In this document: positions 20,137-28,471 of the stretch, one piece after another
Layout: each line of letters begins with the position of its first letter
Position numbering within the stretch: the stretch's first letter is position 1
From: an uncultured Alphaproteobacteria bacterium
Lineage (GTDB): Bacteria; Pseudomonadota; Alphaproteobacteria; RF32; CAG-239
Direction of reading: 5' to 3'
Assembly (NCBI GenBank): GCA_944393235.1
Contig: CALXZJ010000001.1
Location: forward strand, 14,096 to 78,095
DNA: 64,000 bases
Notes under the pieces: generated by a model
Told to the model about the DNA's origin: nothing
Seen by the model: only the letters and a program-made list of their open reading frames with translations
Databases searched by the model: none
Position numbers and translations under genes: made by a program

Positions 20137-20500
20137 GTCATGCCACTGCCGAGCAATGCTCGGCAGTTCAGGCATCTCTTCCTTTTTTCTCTGTCATGCC
20201 TCCGAGGTGTTGAAAACACCGAGGATAAGGCATCTCTTCCTTTTTTCTCTGTCATGCCTCCGAGGTGTTGAAAACACCGAGGATAAGGCATCTCTTCTCT
20301 ATATGTGCAACAGACGCCTAACCTCGAGTGCTGCGCACTCTCAAGGCGTGACAGAGAGGAACGAGCCGACGGCCACACACACCCTCGTCACCCCACGAGG
20401 ATACGCCAGCCCCACACCCTCGTCACCCCACGAGGATACGCCAGCCTCTAACCCCGTCACCCCACGAGCCGACAACGTCGGCGAGTTTAGGGGTCTCCCC
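20137..20500. repeat. modular palindromic repeat array A (downstream of pilin-like gene 1)
   Basis: Perfect palindrome CTGCCGAGCA-A-TGCTCGGCAG at 20146..20166. 58-bp tandem repeat at 20171..20286. Hairpin repeats CCTCGTCACCCCACGAGGATACGCCAGCC x2 at 20380..20446. GAGTTTAGGGGTCTCCCC at 20483..20500. All modules recur at 48463..48680. Confidence 0.75.
20171..20286. repeat. 58-bp perfect tandem direct repeat (2 copies plus partial third)
   Basis: GGCATCTCTTCCTTTTTTCTCTGTCATGCCTCCGAGGTGTTGAAAACACCGAGGATAA repeated head-to-tail. Contains a GGTGTT-GAA-AACACC hairpin. Confidence 0.8.
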
Positions 20501-20663
20501 TCCTTATCTAAAAGCAAACTCCCGCAACTTTTGTTACGAGAGTTTTTTTAGGGGAAAATATTATTTTTTTACGGCTAGGGAACCGATAAATAATATTTCC
20601 GTTTTTTTATGCCTCAAAGCCGCGTATAGGGATTGCCGCTCTCAAGCATAAAACACTCTTATA

Positions 20664-21320
20664 TTAGTAATATTTCCAAGCCACAGCGTTGGTAGAACCC
20701 GATCCAGCACATAAACCAACAGCTTTAGTAACGGTCATCGGTGTTCTTTGAGTTGCAGTTGTTGCACCAGGAATACTTACATCATCATTGCCGTCTGCAG
20801 TGGTGGTAAAAATATTCGCTAACTTGCCACTAGGCACGCCCTTACCGCCATTAGTTGTTGCAGTACCGGCAGATATACCAATCAAGCCGGAAGCCTGACC
20901 GGAACCCCAGTCACCGGTTGCAATCGTCACACAAGCTTCAGAAGACAAACCGGCATATTCAATAATGAAAGCTTCATTATCATTTAAGGCGCGGCCACCA
21001 GCTGCAGCAATGGTTACATCACCGCCAAAGGCATTTGTAATGTCGGATGTGCTGGCTGAACCGGCATTATACATATCTTCCGGAACCACACCGAATTTAA
21101 TGGCTTGTGCATTACTTAACCCCTGATAATTACCCTGTGAAGAGAACAACGTACGGATGTTGGCAACCAACATGGAAACTTGGTCTGTTGTTTTGTTGAT
21201 TTTGTATTTGTTCATGGCTTTGGAATAACCGGCAATACCACCAACCGACAGAACGCCGATAATCGCCAAAACGCCCAACATTTCGACCATCGAACGGCCG
21301 TTTTCATTAATATGTTTCAT
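20664..21320 (-). CDS. type IV pilin-like protein (prepilin-type N-terminus), paralog 1
   Basis: MKHINENG|RSMVEMLGVLAIIGVLSVGG has Gly before a hydrophobic helix and Glu at +5, as in class III/type IV prepilins. C-terminal Cys pair. AAGGAAGG RBS. The ORF-track start at 21398 is a 26-aa over-extension. Confidence 0.7.
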   Translation of the reverse strand: MKHINENGRSMVEMLGVLAIIGVLSVGGIAGYSKAMNKYKINKTTDQVSMLVANIRTLFSSQGNYQGLSNAQAIKFGVVPEDMYNAGSASTSDITNAFGGDVTIAAAGGRALNDNEAFIIEYAGLSSEACVTIATGDWGSGQASGLIGISAGTATTNGGKGVPSGKLANIFTTTADGNDDVSIPGATTATQRTPMTVTKAVGLCAGSGSTNAVAWKYY

Positions 21321-21844
21321 AGTAACCTTCCTTTTTTGTAAGTAAAAATCCTTAAAAAAAATCGCTTTCAAAAACCAAAAGCGACCGGAAGTAGACAACT
21401 ATGACAACGATATAGCGCGGTATATTGACCGCAAGGCTTATTCTACCGCCTTCCGGTCATTTTATAACAAACAACCAGTCGGCGTATAATGTTTAACGTC
21501 CTATACTTGCAGACGCGTTGTCATGGAATGTCTAATTCCCAGACGGCCAACACAGCCATCTTGCCTATAAGCATAAAAAAAATAGCAGAAAATGTCAATC
21601 AGACAATAGGCATATAACTTTGGTCATACCTTATCAAACAATCAATAGGCAATAATGCCTTCGAGGGTGCTGTCCTTTTTCTATCGTTAAATCTCCGAGG
21701 CACTAAAAGCGCTAAAGATTTGCATCGCAAACCAAACATCATATGCTCACCTGTTTATATGTTAGAAATTTTAGCTTGCAAATTTGAAAGGTTGCCTTAT
21801 ATTCTGCATAGAATTTATAGTAATTTTTAGTTAAGGAGAATGTT

Positions 21845-22879
21845 ATGCCTTTGATTTCTATGCGTCAAATTCTGGATCACGCAGCCGAAAACGGTTACGG
21901 CGTTCCGGCTTTTAACATTAATGATATGGAACAGATTATTGCCGTTTTGCAAGCCGCGCGCAAAGTTAACGCACCGGTGATTTTGCAAACCTCAACCGGT
22001 GCACGCAAGTTTGCCGGCGACCCGATGATTCGTCATATGGTCAAAGCCGGGATTGAAATGTTCCCCGAACTGCCGATTTGTCTGCATCAAGACCACGGCT
22101 CATCAGTTGATATTTGCCAATCAGCATTGGTAAACGGTTATTCTTCGGTAATGATGGATGGTTCTTTGGAAGCAGACGGCAAAACCCCTTCCTCTTATGA
22201 ATACAACGTTCATGTCACCAAAGAAGTCGTAGCGCGTGCACACGCCGTCGGCGCTTCGGTGGAAGGCGAATTGGGCGTTATCGGCTCATTAGAAACCGGC
22301 AAAGGCGATAAAGAAGACGGTCATGGCGCCGAAGGTGTGATTGATAAAAAACGTTTGGTTACCGATCCGGATGAAGCCGCACGCTTTGTGGCTGAAACCA
22401 ACGTAGACGCCTTAGCGGTTGCGGTCGGCACCTCACACGGAGCATATAAATTTACCCGCAAACCGGATGGAGATATTTTGGCAATTGATGTGATTGAAAA
22501 AATCCATCAAAAATTGCCCAATACCCATATGGTCATGCACGGTTCATCTTCAGTTCCGCAAGAATTGCAAGATTTAATCAATGCCTATGGCGGCACCATT
22601 CCGCAAACTTACGGCGTACCGGTGGAAGAAATCGTCCGCGGCATTAAATCCGGCGTGCGCAAGGTCAATGTCGATACCGACTGCCGTATGGCTATCACCG
22701 GCGCCATCCGCCGCTTGTTTGTCGAAAACCCGAAAGAGTTTGACCCGCGCAAATACTTAAAACCGGCAATTGAAGAAATGCAAAAAGTTTGCGAAGCGCG
22801 TTACATTGCTTTTGGCGCCGCTGGTCATGCCGATAAAATCAAGGTTATACCGCTTTCCGAAATGGCTAAGCGTTATTAA
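21845..22879 (+). CDS. fba: class II fructose-bisphosphate aldolase
   Basis: 344 aa with class II FBA metal-binding His motifs. AAGGAG RBS. Confidence 0.9.
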   Translation: MPLISMRQILDHAAENGYGVPAFNINDMEQIIAVLQAARKVNAPVILQTSTGARKFAGDPMIRHMVKAGIEMFPELPICLHQDHGSSVDICQSALVNGYSSVMMDGSLEADGKTPSSYEYNVHVTKEVVARAHAVGASVEGELGVIGSLETGKGDKEDGHGAEGVIDKKRLVTDPDEAARFVAETNVDALAVAVGTSHGAYKFTRKPDGDILAIDVIEKIHQKLPNTHMVMHGSSSVPQELQDLINAYGGTIPQTYGVPVEEIVRGIKSGVRKVNVDTDCRMAITGAIRRLFVENPKEFDPRKYLKPAIEEMQKVCEARYIAFGAAGHADKIKVIPLSEMAKRY

Positions 22880-22899
22880 TCGCCAAAATCTCAACCACA

Positions 22900-22930
22900 A
22901 AAAATGCAGCATTAATGCTGCATTTTTTAT
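22900..22930. terminator. rho-independent terminator after fba
   Basis: TGCAGCAT-TA-ATGCTGCA hairpin followed by T6. Confidence 0.55.
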
Positions 22931-22986
22931 TTTACTTTTTTTCACACTGCCCTAATATATCATATTATAACCATTTTTAGGAGAAT

Positions 22987-24597
22987 ATGATGCATACCGT
23001 TATTATCGGCGGCGGCGCCGGAGGTTTAAGCTGCGCCGCACGTTTAAGAAGACTGGACAATTCCGCCCAAATCACCGTTTTGGAAAGAACCGATGAAGTT
23101 TCCATCGCAAGCTGTGGTTTACCCTATTACATCAGCGGCGTTATCGCCGAACGGGCTAATATGCAGGTTGCTTCCGCCTCTATGCTCAAAAAAGTGTTTG
23201 ATATTGATGTGCGCTTATCCTGCGGCGTTACCGGCATTAATCCGCAAACCAAAACCGTACGCCTGCAAGACGGCAGCGAACTTTCCTATGACAAACTCGT
23301 CTTAGCCCCCGGCGCCAAAGCGTTTGTGCCAAACATCAAAGGGACGGAGAATCCGCGTTGTTTTACGGTCAAAAGCTTAACTGATGCTGATAACATCAAA
23401 CAATACATCACAACACATAACGTCCGCACGGCGGCCGTTGTCGGCGGCGGATTCATCGGTGTTGAAGTGGCTGAAAACCTGCATGAAATGGGCATCAAAA
23501 CCACCCTTGCCGAAGCCGCAACACAAATACTGCCGCCTTTAGATTCGGACATTGTCTGCCAACTGCATACCCATCTGCGCCAAAAAGGGCTTAACCTTTG
23601 CCTTAACGATGGCATAAAAGAAATCACTTCTACCGGCATTATCTTAAACTCCGGCAAAGAAATTGCCTCTGATATTATCATTTTAGCCATCGGCGTCCGA
23701 CCGGACACGGCATTCTTAAACAATAGCGGCATAGAATTGACCGAAAAAGGCCTGATTAAAACCAACGAATATATGCAAACCAATATCGCAGATGTTTACG
23801 CCTGCGGCGACAGCGTGGCGGTCAAAGATTTTGTTTCCGACAAACCGGCAATGATTGCCCTTGCCGGCCCCGCCAACCGCCAAGGCCGGCTGATTGCTGA
23901 CCATATCGCCGGCAAGCCGTATCCGTACAACGCCTCGCAGGGCACCGGCATCGTTAAGGTTTTTGACCTGACCGCCGCTTTTGCCGGCAACAATGAAAAA
24001 CAACTGCAAAATAACCATATACCATACGAAAAAATGCTGATTTGGGCATCTTCGCACGCCGGTTATTATCCGAATGCCACGCCGCTTGCCTTAAAAATTT
24101 TATATAATCAGGAAGGAAAAATTTTGGGCGCGCAAGCTATCGGGGCTGAAAATGTTGATAAAATCATTGATGTTATCGCCACCGTTATGCGCTTGGACGG
24201 AACAACCGCCGACTTGCGCGATGCCGAGCTTTGTTATGCGCCGCCTTATTCTTCCGCCAAAAGTCCGGTTAATTTGATTGGCATGGCGGTTGAAAATATC
24301 CGTCAAAAACTGATTAAGCCGTATTTTGGCACGGATTTTTCCAATATGTTTGTGTTAGACGTTCGTCCGCCGCAAAATTATGAAGCCGAGCACATTAAAG
24401 GCGCCGTTAACATTCCCGCCGCCCAAATCCGCGCACGCTTAAACGAGCTGCCCAAAGACAAACCGATTTTGGTACACTGTTTTAAGGGCTATACCAGCTA
24501 TGTTATTTGCCGGATATTAATGGCTAACGGTTTTAACAATGTGTACAGCTATGCCGGCGGCTGGCAGCAATACAAAGCTGAAACAAACGATAAGTAA
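22987..24597 (+). CDS. CoA-disulfide reductase family oxidoreductase with C-terminal rhodanese domain (CoADR-RHD)
   Basis: FAD motif GGGAGG. Active-site SIASCGLPYY. C-terminal rhodanese-like domain with Cys (VHCFKG). Confidence 0.85.
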   Translation: MMHTVIIGGGAGGLSCAARLRRLDNSAQITVLERTDEVSIASCGLPYYISGVIAERANMQVASASMLKKVFDIDVRLSCGVTGINPQTKTVRLQDGSELSYDKLVLAPGAKAFVPNIKGTENPRCFTVKSLTDADNIKQYITTHNVRTAAVVGGGFIGVEVAENLHEMGIKTTLAEAATQILPPLDSDIVCQLHTHLRQKGLNLCLNDGIKEITSTGIILNSGKEIASDIIILAIGVRPDTAFLNNSGIELTEKGLIKTNEYMQTNIADVYACGDSVAVKDFVSDKPAMIALAGPANRQGRLIADHIAGKPYPYNASQGTGIVKVFDLTAAFAGNNEKQLQNNHIPYEKMLIWASSHAGYYPNATPLALKILYNQEGKILGAQAIGAENVDKIIDVIATVMRLDGTTADLRDAELCYAPPYSSAKSPVNLIGMAVENIRQKLIKPYFGTDFSNMFVLDVRPPQNYEAEHIKGAVNIPAAQIRARLNELPKDKPILVHCFKGYTSYVICRILMANGFNNVYSYAGGWQQYKAETNDK

Positions 24598-24602
24598 AAA
24601 CT

Positions 24603-24634
24603 AAAAGGCTCTGGTTGTTCATCAGAGCCTTTTG
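24603..24634. terminator. bidirectional terminator shared by convergent CoADR and rubredoxin-fusion genes
   Basis: AGGCTCTG/CAGAGCCT hairpin with flanking A/T runs. Confidence 0.6.
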
Positions 24635-24659
24635 CTTTATTTCATCAAATTATAGAAGT

Positions 24660-25322
24660 TTAACGCAATTCAAATTGGTCTTTACCAACGCCGCACAACG
24701 GGCAAACCCAATCTTCCGGCAAATCTTCAAACGGCACATCGCCATCATAAACATAACCGCACACAATACATGTCCATTTTTTATCTTCCATAACATTTTC
24801 TCCTTTCTGTTTCAAATTAGGTTGTTTTTTATATTTTTCAAAAGCTGTCATAACTTTATCTTTAAACCCGTCGCGATACATTTTATAAGTCAGCGGCTCG
24901 CCGGCTTGGCTGCCAAAAGCATCAACAACTTTAGCAAAAAACACTGTGTTACTCGGATATTCCAAGCTTTCTGTTACCTGACAGCGAATTTTTGCCAAAG
25001 CCTGACGCAAATACATCATACCGCCTTGCTCAATTCCATCAACTGCCGCCCATTTATCAGCATTGCGGCTGCTTTGATAACCAAAAATCCCTACCGTTAA
25101 AGGGTTAATATCCTGTGGCAAAACACTCAAAGCAAACTCTCCGGTTTCTTCCACCACCTTTTTTGTATAACTGCCGTTCATACAAGAAACCATCAAAAAA
25201 TCCGGATTAGCCGCTACTTGGCTTACGGCATCAATCAAAGAACCGACAAAACGCCCATTCTCTTCCTTTGCCGATAATATATATAATCCGTTAGAAATCG
25301 CAAACAATGCTTCCGGCTGCAT
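24660..25322 (-). CDS. flavin reductase-like domain / rubredoxin fusion (high-molecular-weight rubredoxin)
   Basis: N-terminal FMN-binding split-barrel-like region. C-terminal [10 protein letters not shown]...[11 protein letters not shown] rubredoxin CxxCG/CPxCG. AAGGAGG RBS. Confidence 0.8.
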   Translation of the reverse strand: MQPEALFAISNGLYILSAKEENGRFVGSLIDAVSQVAANPDFLMVSCMNGSYTKKVVEETGEFALSVLPQDINPLTVGIFGYQSSRNADKWAAVDGIEQGGMMYLRQALAKIRCQVTESLEYPSNTVFFAKVVDAFGSQAGEPLTYKMYRDGFKDKVMTAFEKYKKQPNLKQKGENVMEDKKWTCIVCGYVYDGDVPFEDLPEDWVCPLCGVGKDQFELR

Positions 25323-25418
25323 ATTTCCTCCTTTGCTATAAAATATAAATAAAGCATAATGATTTTAAATAGCAATGTAAACTTAAAACTTCCACTTTCT
25401 AAGCATAAAAAATATCCC

Positions 25419-25466
25419 TTGACAAATGCCGTCAATCAGATAATATAGAGTATAGGGGTATATACT
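25419..25466 (+). promoter_or_regulatory. candidate sigma70 promoter plus G-tract dyad operator (AGTATA-GGGG-TA-TATACT) upstream of the csoR/rcnR-family gene
   Basis: TTGACA at 25419..25424. AT-rich -10 region. Dyad at 25449..25466 resembles RcnR/DmeR-type G-tract operators. Confidence 0.4.
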
Positions 25467-25481
25467 ATATAGGAGTTTGTT

Positions 25482-25760
25482 ATGACTTTCTGTTGTAATG
25501 ATGAAGAAAAGAAAAAATTAAAAATTCGCTTAAACCGCATAGAAGGTCAAATCCGTGGTATTAACAAAATGGTAGCGGAAAACCGCGATTGTATGGAAAT
25601 CTTAAACCAAATTGTTTCTTGCCAATCCGCCTTAAAAGGCGTCTGGAAAGAAGTTGTCCGCGGTCACTTGCAAAACTGCATTACCGATGCTTTAAAAACC
25701 GGCAAAAACAGCGCCGCTTTGATTGATGAATTGGTAGAACATCTGGAAAAAATGAAATAA
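25482..25760 (+). CDS. CsoR/RcnR/FrmR family metal-sensing transcriptional repressor (DmeR-like)
   Basis: 92 aa. Conserved Cys/His/Cys positions (C37, H62, C66). AGGAG RBS. Confidence 0.8.
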   Translation: MTFCCNDEEKKKLKIRLNRIEGQIRGINKMVAENRDCMEILNQIVSCQSALKGVWKEVVRGHLQNCITDALKTGKNSAALIDELVEHLEKMK

Positions 25761-25770
25761 GGAAAAGAAA

Positions 25771-26427
25771 ATGGATAATGAAATCTTAAAAAACAAAACG
25801 CTTTTGGTGATTATTGTCACTTTATTAACGATGTTTGCTGAAATCGGTTTCGGCATTTACACCAAATCCATGGCATTAACCGCCGACGGTTTTCACATGG
25901 GCACGCATGCGCTTGCTTTATCCATCACTTTTTTTGTTTGCATTATCGTTGCTCGCTACAAAAACCGCGAAGAAACCTTAAACGCTTTGGGCGGCTATAC
26001 CAGTGCCCTGTTTTTGGGTTTAACCTCTTTAGGGATCCTCTATGAATCAATTGAACGCTTCATTCATCCGCAATCCATTTCCTTTAATGAGGCAATTTTG
26101 GTCACCGTTATCGGGTTAATTGTCAACATCGTCTGCGTTTTGATTATGTCTGAAAACCACATTCATTGCCACACACATCAAGAACATACCAAACACACGC
26201 ACAAACACAAAGAAAACCTCAACTTCAAAGCGGCTTATCTGCACATTCTAGCCGACGCTTTAACCTCGGTTATGGCAATCATAGCCTTAACCTGCGGCAA
26301 ATATTTCGGTTGGGTGTTTTTAGACCCGTTAATCGGCATCGTGGGCGGACTCATCATCTTAAAATGGTCAGTCGGTTTAATTAAATCATCTTTTAACATA
26401 CTAATCGGTTCACCGCTCAAAAAATAA
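25771..26427 (+). CDS. cation diffusion facilitator family transporter (DmeF-like, short form with His-rich loop)
   Basis: CDF TM helices and His-rich loop HIHCHTHQEHTKHTHKHKE. Lacks the usual long C-terminal cytoplasmic domain. Confidence 0.7.
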   Translation: MDNEILKNKTLLVIIVTLLTMFAEIGFGIYTKSMALTADGFHMGTHALALSITFFVCIIVARYKNREETLNALGGYTSALFLGLTSLGILYESIERFIHPQSISFNEAILVTVIGLIVNIVCVLIMSENHIHCHTHQEHTKHTHKHKENLNFKAAYLHILADALTSVMAIIALTCGKYFGWVFLDPLIGIVGGLIILKWSVGLIKSSFNILIGSPLKK

Positions 26428-26493
26428 ACTTGAAAAACGAACCCCTCTTTGCTTATATTAATTTCGGCTGAAATGGATATGAGGACAAAAGCG

Positions 26494-27342
26494 ATGCGTA
26501 GTTGTTTAATTTTGGAAGGTGGCGCCAAACGAGGTATATACACTGCCGGCGTTTTGGATGTATTGTTAGAAAATAACATTATGACCGACGGCGTTATCGG
26601 CGTTTCCGCCGGCGCTATTCATGGCTGTTCCTATGTTTCAAAACAAATCGGTCGCAGCATTCGCTACAACTTAAAATACAATGACGATTATCGTTTTATG
26701 AGCTTCAAATCTTGGCTCAAAACCGGCAATATGGTTGATACTGATTTTGCCTACAACGAATTGCCTGAAAAATTAGATATATTCGACCACAAAACCTTTG
26801 AAAACAATCCGACAAATTTTTATGTCACTTGCTCTAATCTTAAAACCGGCAAAGCCGAATACATCCGTTGCCCTGAGATGAAAGACAAATACATGGACTA
26901 CCTGCGTGCTTCCGCCTCCATGCCGTTTGTTTCCAAAATCGTTGAGATTGATAACAAATCCTTCCTTGACGGCGGCATCACCGATAGCATCCCCTTACAA
27001 GCTGCTTTTGACCTTGGTTATGACAAAAACATTGTTGTTCAAACCCGTCCTGAAGGATATTCTAAAAAGCCTTTCACTTTAACATGGTTAGCTAAACTTG
27101 TTTACAAAAAGTTCCCTCAATTCATTAAAGCTTTGCAAAACAGACACACAATGTATAATCAGGAATTGGCACAAATTAACAAACTGCAAAAAGAGGGAAA
27201 AATTTTTGTTATCCGCCCAAGCCGCCACGTAAAAATCAGCCGGCTTGAAACCAACCCCGATATTATCAAAGAAATGTACGAACTCGGCCGATACGACGCA
27301 TCTGCCGCGCTTATGAAACTGAAAACATTTTTAAAAAAATAA
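26494..27342 (+). CDS. patatin-like phospholipase
   Basis: GGxKG oxyanion motif (GGAKRG), GxSxG (GVSAG), and an Asp of the dyad. GAGGA RBS upstream of MRSC. Confidence 0.85.
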   Translation: MRSCLILEGGAKRGIYTAGVLDVLLENNIMTDGVIGVSAGAIHGCSYVSKQIGRSIRYNLKYNDDYRFMSFKSWLKTGNMVDTDFAYNELPEKLDIFDHKTFENNPTNFYVTCSNLKTGKAEYIRCPEMKDKYMDYLRASASMPFVSKIVEIDNKSFLDGGITDSIPLQAAFDLGYDKNIVVQTRPEGYSKKPFTLTWLAKLVYKKFPQFIKALQNRHTMYNQELAQINKLQKEGKIFVIRPSRHVKISRLETNPDIIKEMYELGRYDASAALMKLKTFLKK

Positions 27343-27374
27343 AACCGCCTTGTTTTTCAAAGCGGCAAAATTAC

Positions 27375-27671
27375 TTAATCTTCTATATCTGCCTCATAGG
27401 CATAAACAATTTTACTGTCTTCTTCATTTTCCGTATTGCTCAACTCGCAAACCAAAAGTTTGTCGGCATCTGCCAAACTGTCAAATATATTGTCCGGCAC
27501 GCCGTCTAAGACGATAGATTCGTTTTCATTACGAAAAAGTTCTGCCGAATTGTTTTCCACATCTAAAACAATTTTTGCATCTGCCGGTTTATTTTCCCCG
27601 GCATACAAAAGCAACATAACTTCATCTTCATCATTAACAACAAAATCATAAGTAGCCGACTTATCCATCAT
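27375..27671 (-). CDS. hypothetical acidic protein
   Basis: Strong AAGGAGG RBS. 98 aa, very acidic, no known motif. Confidence 0.5.
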   Translation of the reverse strand: MMDKSATYDFVVNDEDEVMLLLYAGENKPADAKIVLDVENNSAELFRNENESIVLDGVPDNIFDSLADADKLLVCELSNTENEEDSKIVYAYEADIED

Positions 27672-27808
27672 TGCCTCCTTAAAACATCACTTTGCATATT
27701 ATATTCAAACGATTCGATAATTACAAGAATTTCTTTTGACTTTGTATTTATGTTGATAGTTTCATGAAAATTGCTGTACTTATAAAAAATAAATGGTAAT
27801 TAAAATAT

Positions 27809-28471
27809 ATGTCAAAACTTTTAGATAAAATAATCAACCTTTTTAAGTGGCCAATAGCCGTATATATGTTAATATCTATTCCGGCATTGTTTTCTTCCAT
27901 TGATTTTTTTAATTTTGGAAATTTTAAATTTTTAGCTTTTGGGGCCGGTTTTTTTATGTATTTTGTCGGTCGAACCATGGCAGATTCGTCGGTTAAAGTA
28001 TCCATGCAAATAATTGCACATGAACTCACGCACACTTTTTTTGCTTTACTAACTTTACACAAAATTGAACACATTCGCCTAAACCCCGATGACAGTGGCG
28101 GCGAAATGGGTTTTAAAGGCAGTGGTAACTGGTTGATTATTATTGCGCCATATTTTTTCCCATTATTTGGTATGTTTTATATGATACTAATGTGTTTTTT
28201 CCCAAACAACTTAATATTTAATGGAATATTAGGCTACTTTTTAGGCTATCACGCCGACACAGTCGCTTCACAAATTCACGACAAACAAACAGATCTTCCC
28301 AAAGTAACCTATACTTTCTGCTGGATGTTTTTACCTGGAGCAAACTTATGGATTATTGGCAGCTTTTTGGCTTTCAACAGCCGCGGTTGGGACGGCATTA
28401 CCGTTTATTTTGATTTGATAAACCAGCTTAATTTACAGAATTTTCAATATGTTTTAAATATGATTTTTTAA
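27809..28471 (+). CDS. membrane protein with HExxH motif (putative zincin-like/M50B-like metallopeptidase), paralog 1
   Basis: Multiple TM helices. IAHELTHTFF zinc-binding HExxH sits in a TM region. Paralog at 32272..32829. Confidence 0.5.
   Translation: MSKLLDKIINLFKWPIAVYMLISIPALFSSIDFFNFGNFKFLAFGAGFFMYFVGRTMADSSVKVSMQIIAHELTHTFFALLTLHKIEHIRLNPDDSGGEMGFKGSGNWLIIIAPYFFPLFGMFYMILMCFFPNNLIFNGILGYFLGYHADTVASQIHDKQTDLPKVTYTFCWMFLPGANLWIIGSFLAFNSRGWDGITVYFDLINQLNLQNFQYVLNMIF

Noticed and set aside
20171-20300. Possible CRISPR array, because of the perfect 58-bp tandem repeat
   Set aside because: There are only two and a fraction copies, arranged head-to-tail with no unique spacers between them. 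No cas genes are nearby. This is a tandem duplication, not a CRISPR array.
20106-20551. ORFs 20114..20551 (+) and 20106..20378 (-) spanning the repeat array
   Set aside because: The reading frames run straight through tandem and palindromic repeats, producing repeated peptide segments. They have no RBS and no coding periodicity. This is a repeat artefact, not a gene. The same applies to 48495..48815 (-).
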